Assembly: GCA_964526835.1 (NCBI GenBank)
Contig: CAZGMK010000015.1
Location: forward strand, 3,983-67,982
Length of the DNA: 64,000 nucleotides
From: an uncultured Ignavibacteriales bacterium
GTDB lineage: Bacteria; Zixibacteria; MSB-5A5; GN15; FEB-12
Direction: 5' to 3'
The translations under genes and the position numbers were made by a program. Below, piece by piece: positions 22,657-33,400 of the stretch. The stretch's first letter is position 1, and the number at the start of each line of letters is the position of its first letter. Below the pieces are notes generated by a model. The model saw only the letters and a list, made by a program, of their open reading frames with translations, made no database searches and was not told the origin of the DNA.

Positions 22657-23128
22657 AAACCGAGACGCCAAGCCAAGGAGTGACGCCAAATCGGATTGCT
22701 AAAGACTTAGAACTGAACCAACAGAACGAAAGAGTTTTACGATGACGACCCCACCTCGGCGCCAGCCGAATCATCTTGCCAAACGGTCGTCTTTTTTTTA
22801 TCTTGACAGGGAAGTCTGGGCGGCCCGACCGTCGGCTGCGCAGAGTGTTGCAACATTGCATAACAGGAAAGATCGCTGCAGTTCAGATAGTACTCTTCAC
22901 CGCAAAGCGCGATTCCTTGGAATACTGCAAGGGGACAGCTATCGTCCGCCAACTAACTGTTTGATTTGCTCTTGGGGCCGATAAGGCCCTGCCGGACATA
23001 TCGTTAAACGGACCTGACGACTACGGCTTCGGCCACCACCGGATCGCCGGAAGGACAGGATGAGACCTTCCCGGCATGATCAGAAAAGAAGCCGTTGGGT
23101 AAGGAAATTGCTCCCAACGGATAGTGAT

Positions 23129-24559
23129 ATGAAGCCTTTGATTCGGAATATGTTGCGCCCGCTTCGCCGGGTCATGCTCGCAGCCGCGCCGGCGGTCATA
23201 CTGATGACCGGCCTTGCGGCCGCTCAGGCCGATTATGTGCTGAAACTGGACACTGTCAGCGGCCAGCCCGGCGCCGCTATCGATTACTATGTCAACCTGG
23301 AGAACGCCGACGAGGTGGGCGGCTTCAACCTGCTGGTGGGCTACGATCCGACCGCCCTGTGGCCGCAAATGATTACCCTCAACGACACCCGCGCCGAGGC
23401 CTTCGAGGAGTTCGAGTTCAGCCTCAACGAAGCCGGCATCCCGGGCAACCTGCGAATGGTCGGCCGGGCCGATGCGCCCGGCGGCGATATCGGGCAGCCC
23501 CTGCCCGCCGGTGATGGCCCCGTGATCCGGATTCGCTTCGGGATCATAAATGACATCCAGTTCGCCGGCATGTGGGTGCCGGTCTGGTTTGAGTTTTCCG
23601 ATCCGCTGACCCAGGATGACAACACGCTCACCAACGTCGTCGGCTCAAAGATCGGTCAGGATGAGATAGACTATTACGACGGCTGGGTCAACATCATGGA
23701 GATGGGCGAGGTATTGCTCGGCGACGTCAATCTCAACGGTTTTGCCTGGGAGGTCAGCGACTACGTCTACCTGACCAACTACTTCATGATGCCGAGCCTG
23801 TATGTCCTGAATGCCCTGCAACTGGCCAACTCCGACATGAATCAGGATCAGATCCCGGCCACCATCGCGGATCTGGTTTACCTGATCAACAGAATCGTCT
23901 CCGGCGCCAGGCTTAACGCCGCAGCGGGGGACCCTTCGCTGCCGGTTGCTGTTCGCCTCGACGAGGCGCCCGACCGCACCAGCATCAGTTATAACGCCGG
24001 GTTCACGGTGGGCGGTGTGCTGCTGGTGCTCAGGGTGTCGGACAACTTCGACGAGTCGGATCTGATCCTCCGTCAGCAGCAGATGAGCTTGGTCACTGAA
24101 CGCCGGGGCGACCGTGTCAGTGTGTTCGTGCACAGCCGCGACGGGCAGACGCTGCCGGCGGGGCACTGGCCGCTCCTTACGACGCCCGCGGGGTCATCGG
24201 TCGAACTGGAGCAGGTGGAACTGGCCAGCGCCGACGGCCGCACCGCGCGCGTAGTGCATAATGGCGGACGGTCGTTGCCGGAGGGTTTCGAACTGGGCCA
24301 GAACTACCCAAACCCGTTCAATCCCACCACGACTATCGAGTTCAGTGTACCCCGACCCGGCCGGGTCAACCTGACGGTATATGATTTGCTTGGACGAAGA
24401 GTGGCGGTGCTGATTGACGATCTCCTCGACGCCGGCCGTCATCGAGTGGTTTTCGATGCTTCGATGATCGGCGGCGAGGTGGCCGCCAGCGGCGTATACT
24501 TCTACCGCCTGCAAACCGACCGAGCCACAGTCACAAGGAAGATGGTACTTTTGAAATAG
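23129..24559 (+). CDS. Secreted cohesin + internal dockerin + degenerate cohesin + T9SS-like CTD protein
   Basis: Start moved to MKPLIRN; signal peptide ends AAAQA; VGGFNLLVGYDP...GDGPVIRIRF; GDVNLNG..EVSDY and SDMNQD..TIADLVYL; QNYPNPFNP...RKMVLLK. Confidence 0.88.
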   Translation: MKPLIRNMLRPLRRVMLAAAPAVILMTGLAAAQADYVLKLDTVSGQPGAAIDYYVNLENADEVGGFNLLVGYDPTALWPQMITLNDTRAEAFEEFEFSLNEAGIPGNLRMVGRADAPGGDIGQPLPAGDGPVIRIRFGIINDIQFAGMWVPVWFEFSDPLTQDDNTLTNVVGSKIGQDEIDYYDGWVNIMEMGEVLLGDVNLNGFAWEVSDYVYLTNYFMMPSLYVLNALQLANSDMNQDQIPATIADLVYLINRIVSGARLNAAAGDPSLPVAVRLDEAPDRTSISYNAGFTVGGVLLVLRVSDNFDESDLILRQQQMSLVTERRGDRVSVFVHSRDGQTLPAGHWPLLTTPAGSSVELEQVELASADGRTARVVHNGGRSLPEGFELGQNYPNPFNPTTTIEFSVPRPGRVNLTVYDLLGRRVAVLIDDLLDAGRHRVVFDASMIGGEVAASGVYFYRLQTDRATVTRKMVLLK

Positions 24560-24617
24560 GCGATTTGCCATGCTTAGCGACCAGAGAGACAGCAAGCAAG
24601 CCCCAGGAGGTTACAAT

Positions 24618-27383
24618 ATGGTGAAGATGATGAGAATCCCGCTCGCAGCGATGATGTTGCTTCTGATTGTCGGCGGCGGCGCATCGGCGCAGATTCCGCC
24701 GGGCATCGAGTGTACCAATGACTACCTTGATTGTGGTGATGTCTCGGAGTCATCGGTCGATACAGTTCGACTGGTCAGCTTCGACGGTCGCCCGGGCGAT
24801 ACCGTCTGGCTGCCGGTATATCTCAAGACAAAGGACGATACCGTGTCCGGTTTTTCGATGATCATCGAATACAGCGACACCTATCTTACGCCTGTCAAGG
24901 CCAGCACCAATCCCGCCGACTCGCTCTACATCAAGTATGAACTCATGGGCGGGCTCCTGGAGGCCCAGCAGCGTTACTGGGACAGTCACCCAAATGACAG
25001 CCCGGATGTTTTCACGGCTGCGATCTCGCAGAACCCTTTCGATGAGGGAGCCATAACCTGCGGCTTCAACCTGTCGACCTTCGACAAGCCGGAGCGGATT
25101 TTCCCCGGCGGTGAGATCATCTTCCGTCTGGCCTTCGAGGTCGATGAAGCTATGCAGGAAGGCCAGACAGCCCAATTCCGCTGGTGGGAGATTAACGAGT
25201 ATTCGATAATCGACACGGGCCAGATGATCGCATACTGCGCGGACTGCCGCCGCACCAACCTGTCGGTGGACAGGACCACGACCTTCCAGGTGTGTGTCGA
25301 TTCGTCTATCAATCGCATCGATACCATCGACACCGGCCCGCCGGTCATAACCGATACTATCTGGCAGTGTGATGAGTATGCGGACACTACCATAATTGTC
25401 AATCGCACACGCAACCCCACTACCCGCGACGGTCAGTTCACGGCCAACCTCTCACCGCCGCCGGTGATAGCGAGTTTCACCAGTTCGGACCCGGACGACT
25501 CGGTCGGCACCAACCAGGGGTTCGTGCTGCAATGGACAGTGGACAACACCGACTCGGTTGTCATTTACCAAGATGCGAATGTGCTTCACACTTCGGTTCA
25601 GAGCAACGGTTTCTTTGCTGCGACCTCGCCATCGACTGCGGGCACATACACCTACACGTTATGGGCGTTCAATCCTTACGACAGTGTTTCGAGATCGATC
25701 GATATACTGGTTCAGGATGGAGATGAACCGCCGCCGGATGAGCATGCGCCGGTTATCAATGTGAACACTTCCTTCAGCATTGATGTCGGCAACACCCTGA
25801 ACTTCACCGTTAACGCCACCGACGTTGACAATGACTTCCTGACCCTGACGGCCACGAATCTGCCCGCGGGAGCCACTTTCCCCAGCGCCCAGGGCACCGG
25901 CTCGGCGTCCTCGACATTCAGCTGGACTCCCGGTTTTAACCAGACAGGCAGTCACACGGCCACTTTCCGGGCCGAGGACGCCACTTCGCGTGTAACCACG
26001 GTGAATGTCACGATCAACGTCAATGAACCCGAATTCGATAAGCTGTTCACCTCCTCTGTCGAAGGCAGCGCCGCTGGCGGCCTGCCCGGCAAGACCAACA
26101 TAGATTTCCCCATCAACCTGGTTACCAGCCAGACTGTCTACGGTGTGCAGTTTGACTTCCTTTACAGCAGTCAGAACTTCACGGTAACCGGGGTTGACGT
26201 AACCGACAATACGGCCGAATACGTAGTATATGAGAACATCGGACAAACGCCCGGCGAGGTTCGATTCGTGACCTTCGGCATGGCCAATGAGCCGATTGGA
26301 ACCGACGGCACGGAGATTCTGCTCGTCAAGATGGCTGTCCGGTCCAACGCCTCTCCGGGCCTGTATCCGATCTACCTGGAGGATGCCTGGGAATCGATCA
26401 ACCCCGACCCGTCGATCCCCTCGCTGCCCCTGATGAGCGACAGCGGGATCATCATGGTCGATGCTTACGGCGACGTTAACCTCGATACCCGCATCGACGT
26501 GGCCGACCTGGTCAGCATTGTGGGGTATATCATCGGCGACTTTCCCCTCGACCCGCGCCGCTATGAGGTTGCGGACATGGTGGTCGATGGTGTCGTGGAT
26601 GTATTCGACCTGGTGGCGGTGATCAACTCCATCTACGGGGCGCCGATCGACGCAGCGCCGCCGCAGTTCATCGAGGACCGTTTCGCCAGTGTCGAGTTGG
26701 ACTACGCCGCCATGGCCGGCGGGCTGTCGGATGAATTGACGATCCGCTCGGAGATGCCTGTCGACATCGCCGGTGTTCAGCTCGAGATTCTCTATGATCC
26801 GGGCGTGGTCCAGTTGGGCGTGCCGGAGTTGACCGAGGATGTTCCGCATCTGGCCCTGCGCAGCCGGGATGACGGCAACGGGCGGATGACCATCCTCATG
26901 TACTCCTCCAATCCGTTCGCGGCCGATAAGATAATCCGGGCGGGCCGCAGCGACCTGGTCAACATACCGATCAGGACGATCCGTCGGCTTGATGTCGGCG
27001 ACCGGTCGCAACTGGTTCTTAACCAGGCCAAACTGGCCACGGAGAACGCTATGGCGGTCAAGGTGCACGGTATGGATGCACCCCTGCCGACCAGTTTTCA
27101 CCTGGCTCAAAATTACCCGAACCCGTTTAACCCGACCACCACTATCGAGTTTACCCTCGGCGCACCGGGACAGACCGGCGCCCAGCGGGTAGATCTGAAT
27201 GTCTACAACATACTTGGCCAACAGGTGAAAGAGCTGATCAGCGGCACCCTGCCCGCGGGCAACCATCAGGTTACCTGGGACGGAACCGATGGCGCCGGGA
27301 AACAGGTTGCTTCCGGAATCTACCTGTACAGGTTACAGGTCGGCGACGCCAGCCAGGCCAAGAAGATGCTGCTGCTCAAATAG
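24618..27383 (+). CDS. Secreted scaffold: two cohesin-like domains, Ig and cadherin-like domains, internal dockerin, degenerate cohesin, T9SS-like CTD
   Basis: AGGAGG RBS before MVKMMRIP; VSGFSMIIEY...GEIIFRLAF; VYGVQFDFLY; GDVNLDTRIDVADL and ADMVVDGVVDVFDL; QNYPNPFNP...KKMLLLK. Confidence 0.9.
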   Translation: MVKMMRIPLAAMMLLLIVGGGASAQIPPGIECTNDYLDCGDVSESSVDTVRLVSFDGRPGDTVWLPVYLKTKDDTVSGFSMIIEYSDTYLTPVKASTNPADSLYIKYELMGGLLEAQQRYWDSHPNDSPDVFTAAISQNPFDEGAITCGFNLSTFDKPERIFPGGEIIFRLAFEVDEAMQEGQTAQFRWWEINEYSIIDTGQMIAYCADCRRTNLSVDRTTTFQVCVDSSINRIDTIDTGPPVITDTIWQCDEYADTTIIVNRTRNPTTRDGQFTANLSPPPVIASFTSSDPDDSVGTNQGFVLQWTVDNTDSVVIYQDANVLHTSVQSNGFFAATSPSTAGTYTYTLWAFNPYDSVSRSIDILVQDGDEPPPDEHAPVINVNTSFSIDVGNTLNFTVNATDVDNDFLTLTATNLPAGATFPSAQGTGSASSTFSWTPGFNQTGSHTATFRAEDATSRVTTVNVTINVNEPEFDKLFTSSVEGSAAGGLPGKTNIDFPINLVTSQTVYGVQFDFLYSSQNFTVTGVDVTDNTAEYVVYENIGQTPGEVRFVTFGMANEPIGTDGTEILLVKMAVRSNASPGLYPIYLEDAWESINPDPSIPSLPLMSDSGIIMVDAYGDVNLDTRIDVADLVSIVGYIIGDFPLDPRRYEVADMVVDGVVDVFDLVAVINSIYGAPIDAAPPQFIEDRFASVELDYAAMAGGLSDELTIRSEMPVDIAGVQLEILYDPGVVQLGVPELTEDVPHLALRSRDDGNGRMTILMYSSNPFAADKIIRAGRSDLVNIPIRTIRRLDVGDRSQLVLNQAKLATENAMAVKVHGMDAPLPTSFHLAQNYPNPFNPTTTIEFTLGAPGQTGAQRVDLNVYNILGQQVKELISGTLPAGNHQVTWDGTDGAGKQVASGIYLYRLQVGDASQAKKMLLLK

Positions 27384-27406
27384 AGGTCAGGGAGGTCATA
27401 GGAACC

Positions 27407-30400
27407 ATGAAGACGATGAACAGAATACTGATCACAACGCTGCTTCTGGCGCTGACCGCTTCGGTCGCCCTGGCTCAGACCGCGCCACCGGTCCTGGACC
27501 CGATCGGCGCCCAGAGCACCGACGAGAATGTTAACCTCAGCTTCGCCGTCAGTGCCTCCGATGCCGACGGAACAACGCCGACGTTGACGACTTCGACGTT
27601 ACCGACCGGCGCTTCGTTTACGGACAACGGTGACGGGACCGGTAGTTTCTCCTGGACCCCCGACTACACCCAGGCGGGCAGCTACGACGTTACATTCTAC
27701 GCCAATGACGCCGTATCCGCCGATGTTGACTCGGAGCTTGTGGTAATTACAGTCAACAATGTCAACCAGGCCCCGGTGCTCGATCCTATCGGATCGCAGT
27801 CGGTGGCCGAGGGGGTGCTGCTTTCGTTTACGGTTACGGCCAGCGATCCCGACGGGACCATCCCGACGTTGAGCACCTCGGCTTTACCGACGGGCGCTTC
27901 GTTTACGGACAACGGTGACGGCACCGGTAGTTTCTCCTGGACCCCCGACTACACCCAGGCGGGCAGCTATGATATAACCTTCACCGCCAACGACGGCGAC
28001 CTGACCGACGATGAGCTGGTAACGGTTACGGTAACCAACACCAACCAGGCCCCGGTGCTCGATCCTATCGGTTCGCAGTCGGTGGCCGAGGGGGTGCTGC
28101 TGTCGTTTACGGTCACGGCCAGTGATCCCGACGGGACCATCCCGACGCTGACGACTTCGACATTACCGACCGGCGCTTCGTTTACGGACAACGGTGACGG
28201 CACCGGTAGTTTCTCGTGGACCCCCGACTACACCCAGGCGGGCAGCTATGATATAACCTTCACCGCCAACGACGGTGACCTGACCGACGATGAGCTGGTA
28301 ACGGTTACGGTGACCAACACCAACCAGGCCCCGGTGCTCGATCCTATCGGATCGCAGTCTGTGGCCGAGGGGGTGGTGCTTTCGTTTACGGTTACGGCCA
28401 GCGATCCCGACGGGACGATCCCGTCGCTGAGCACCTCGGCTTTACCGACCGGCGCTTCGTTTACGGACAACGGTGACGGCACCGGAAGTTTCTCCTGGAC
28501 GCCCGACTACACCCAGGCGGGCAGCTATGATATAACCTTCACCGCCAACGACGGTGACCTGACCGACGATGAGCTGGTAACGGTTACGGTGACCAACACC
28601 AACCAGGCCCCGGTGCTCGATCCTATCGGATCGCAGTCTGTGGCCGAGGGGGTGGTGCTTTCGTTTACGGTCACGGCCAGCGATCCCGACGGGACTATCC
28701 CGACGTTGAGCACCTCGGCTTTGCCGACCGGCGCTTCGTTTACGGACAATGGTGACGGCACCGGTAGTTTCTCGTGGACGCCTGACTACACGCAGTCGGG
28801 CAGCTATGATATAACCTTCACCGCCAACGACGGCGACCTGACCGACGATGAGCTGGTAACGGTCACGGTAACCGAAGCCGGCAATCAGGCGCCGATTCTT
28901 GATCCGATAGGCCCGCAATCTGTCACTGAGGGCAATTTACTGTCCTTCACGGTCACGGCCAGTGATCCCGACGGGACTATCCCGAATCTCTTTACTTCGG
29001 CCCTTCCCAGCGGCGCTTCGTTTACCGACAACGGTGACGGGACCGGTGACTTTTCCTGGACGCCTACCTATACTCAGGCCGGAACCTACAACGTCACGTT
29101 CTACGCCGATGATGGTGACATCGCCGATGTTGAGGCAGTCGAGATCGTGGTTGTCGAAGCGGGCAATCAGGCCCCGGTGCTTGATCCTATCGGCGATCAG
29201 TCGGTAACTGAGGGTATTCTACTTTCATTTGCGGTTACGGCCAGTGATCCCGACGGGACTATCCCGACGCTGAGCACCTCGGCTTTGCCGACCGGCGCAT
29301 CGTTTACGGACAACGGTGACGGCACCGGTAGTTTCTCGTGGACGCCCGACTACACGCAGGCGGGCAGCTATGATATAACCTTCACCGCCGGCGACGGTGA
29401 CTTGACCGACGATGAGCTGGTGACCATCACTGTTGCCGAGGCCGGCAACCAGGCCCCGATTCTGGACCCGATTGGTCCCCAGAGTACCACCGAGGATGTT
29501 CTGCTTACTTTCAGCGTCAGTGCGACCGATCCGGACGGCACTATTCCGTCGCTGAGCACCTCGACTTTGCCGGCCGGCGCTTCGTTTACGGACAACGGTG
29601 ACGGCACCGGTAGTTTCTCGTGGACGCCCGACTACACCCAGGCAGGCGTTTACGACATCACCTTCACGGCTGATGACGGGGCTGCCACCGACGACGAGAT
29701 CGTGACAATAACAGTCAATGACGCCGGTAACCAGACACCGGTACTGGATCCCATCGGCGACCAGAGCACAACCGAGGGGGTGCTCCTCAGCTTCTCCGTC
29801 AGTGCTTCTGATCCGGACGGTGTGCCGCCGGCCCTGCTCACCTCCACACTACCTGCCGGCGCGACTTTCATCGACAACGGTGACGGGACGGGCGACTTTG
29901 CGTGGACTCCGGACTACACCCAATCGGGTGTTTACGATATCACATTTACGGCCGATGACGGGTTGGCCACGGACGATGAAGTCGTCACGATCACCGTGAT
30001 TGAAGCAGGTAACCAGGCCCCGATCCTGGATCCGATAGGCCCACAGAGTACAACCGAGGGCGTTGAGCTCAGTTTCATCGTAACGGCTTACGACCCGGAT
30101 GGGACGATTCCCACTCTGAGCGCTGCGGACTTGCCCTCGGGCGCTTCATTTACCGACAACGGTGACGGTACCGGCGACTTTGCGTGGACTCCCGACTTCA
30201 CCCAGTCCGGTCTCTATGATGTCACGTTCTACGCCAATGACGGCGCCCTGGCCGACCTCGAGATTGTGACTATTACAGTTGCCGATGTCGGTAACCAGGC
30301 CCCTATCCTGGATCCGATTGGCCCGCAGAGCACTACCGAGGATGTCCTGCTGTCGTTCACCGTCAGCGCAACCGATCCCGACGGCACGATTCCATCGCTG

Positions 30401-33400
30401 AGTACGTCGGCTTTGCCGGACGGAGCTACGTTTGTCGACAACGGTGACGGTACGGGCGACTTCGCCTGGACCCCCGACTTCACCCAGGCGGGCCTTTACG
30501 ATATAACCTTCACGGCTTCCGACGGTACCCTGACCGATGAAGAGCTGGTGACTATTACAGTTGCCGATGCCGGCAACCAGGCGCCTGTTCTGGCGCCCAT
30601 CGGCCCGCAGAGCGGCGCCGAGGATGTCCTGCTTTCGTTCACCGTCAGCGCAACCGATCCGGACGGCACGATCCCGTCGCTGATCGCAACCGATTTGCCG
30701 GCCGGCGCCACATTCATCGACAACGGTGACGGTACCGGCGACTTCAACTGGACTCCGGACTTCACCCAGGCGGGTGTCTACGATGTGACCTTCACGGCCA
30801 GTGACGGCAGCCTCACCGACGACGAGATTGTAGAGATAACCATTGCCGATGCCGGTAACCAGGCCCCCATCCTGGCGCCCATTGGCGCTCAGAGCACTAC
30901 CGAGGGTATCCTGCTGTCATTTGCCGTCAGCGCAACCGATCCCGATGGGACCTTCCCTGCGCTCACGACTTCGACCTTGCCCGCCGGGGCGAGCTTCATT
31001 GACAATGGCGATGGTACTGGTGAGTTCTCGTGGACGCCCGACTATACGCAGTCGGGCAGCTACGATGTGACCTTCACTGCCTCCGATGGAACCTTGACCG
31101 ATGAAGAACTGGTGACTATCACTGTTGCCGAGGCGGGTAACCAGGCCCCGATCCTGGATCCGATAGGTCCGCAGAGCACGACCGAGGATGTCCTGCTGTC
31201 GTTCACTGTCAGTGCGACCGATCCGGACGGCACTATTCCGTCGTTGAGCACCTCGGCTTTGCCAACCGGCGCCACATTCGTCGACAACGGTGACGGTACC
31301 GGCTCCTTCAACTGGACGCCCGACTTCACCCAGTCGGGCATCTATGACGTCACCTTTTCGGCCAGTGATGGAGCTCTCACCGATGAGGAGATCGTCACGA
31401 TCACGGTCGTGGATGCAGGGAACAACGACCCGGTCCTGGCGGCGATCGACGATCAGGAGACCGATGAAAACGTACCGCTGAGTTTCAGCGTGAGTGCTAC
31501 CGATGCCGACGGAGTGACGCCGATTCTCTCAACGTCGCCCCTGCCCACTGGCGCGACATTCGTCGACAACGGCGACGGGACCGGAACCTTCGATTGGACG
31601 CCGACCTATGACGACTCGGGATCCTATCTGGTTACCTTCTACGCCACCGACGGCGATGTTCCGTCCTCGGTCGATTCCCAGCAGGTTACGATAACGGTCA
31701 ACAACGTGAACCGCGACGTCGTCCTGGCCGCCATTGGCGATCAGTCCGGAGCGGAGGGGACGCTGCTGAGCTTCACGGTCACCGCTTCCGATCCCGATGG
31801 TGATCCGCCGGTTCTGACCAGCTCCACCCTGCCCGGGACGGCTGCCTTTATCGACAATGGCGACGGTACCGGTGACTTCTCGTGGACCCCGACCTATGAC
31901 GATTCCGGTAGCTACGTAGTGACCTTTTACGCCACTGACGGCGCTTTCCCGTCGTCGGTCGATTCAGAGACAGTCACGATAACGATTGACAATACCAACC
32001 GTCTTCCCGAGCTCGCCACTATCGGTGCGCAGAGCGGGGAGGAGGAAGTCCCGTTGACGTTCGGCGTCAGCGCCACCGATCCGGACGGCGAGATCCCCAT
32101 CCTCTCGGCCTCGCCTCTGCCGGGTACGGCGACGTTTGTCGACAACGGTGACGGCACCGGGGTCTTTGACTGGACGCCCACGACGGCCGATTCAGGGACC
32201 TACCTGGTTACCTTCTATGCTGCCGATGCCGCCTATCCGACGGATGTGGACTCCGAGGTAGTGACCATCTACATCACCAACGCCAACCAGCCGCCGGTTT
32301 TGGCCGCTATCGGCGACCAGGAGACTACCGAGGGTGTTCTTCTCAGTGTGCCGGTGAGTGCTTCCGATCCGGACGGCGACTTCCCGATCCTGAGCACTTC
32401 GGCTCTGCCGGCCGAGGCGGTCTTTACCGACAACGGCGACGGCACGGGTTCGTTGGATTGGACTCCCGGATACACTCAGTCCGGCGTCTACGATGTGACC
32501 TTCTATGCCGAAGACGCCGCCTATCCCGGTGTTATCGATTCCGAAACAGTGGTCATTACGGTCAATGAGGCCGGCAATCAGCCTCCCGAGTTCGAGGGCA
32601 TGGCCACGCAGAACGTCGCCGAGGGCAGCGAGCTGAACGTGACCATTACCGCCAATGATCCTGACGGCGATATCCCGGCTCTCTCGTCCGGTCCGCTGCC
32701 CGAAGGGGCTACTTTCACGGACAACCTCGACGGCACCGGCGCCTTTGTCTGGACTCCCGACTACTGGCAGGCCGGTACCTATTCGATTACGATCTACGCC
32801 GATGACGGCGAGTTCATCGACAGTCTCATCTTCGATGTTGTCGTTGCGGATGCCGGCAACCAGCCTCCATCGGTTGATCCGATCGACCCGCAGACCGTCG
32901 TCGAGGGTGTCAACCTGAACTTCACGGTGACTGCTTCTGATCCTGATGCCGTGATACCCACCCTGACCTCCTCGACGCTACCGGCTGGAGCCGTCTTCAC
33001 CGACAACGTCGACGGCACCGGGACCTTCGACTGGACTCCCGATTTCACTCAAGCCGGAAGCTATGACATAACGTTCTATGCCGACGACGGCATCGCGGTC
33101 GACAGTCAGATCGCCAACATCACGGTAATCGACAATGTCGCGCCGCCGGTCCTGGCCGCCATCGATGATCAGTCCGGCTTCGAGGGTTCGGCCGTCAGCT
33201 TCGCGGTGAGCGCCACTGATCCCGACGGCCAGGTTCCGATCCTGTCGACTTCTGCGCTTCCGTCGGGAGCCTCCTTTGTCGACAATGGCGATGGCGCCGG
33301 CGCTTTCGACTGGGTGCCGAGTTTCGACCAGTCCGGCTCTTACGACATCACTTTCTATGCCACTGACGGTGAATTCACCGATTCCCAGCAAGTGGCGATT

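Noticed and set aside
22803-22832. Promoter at TTGACA 22803
   Set aside because: No acceptable -10 element at 16-18 nt spacing.
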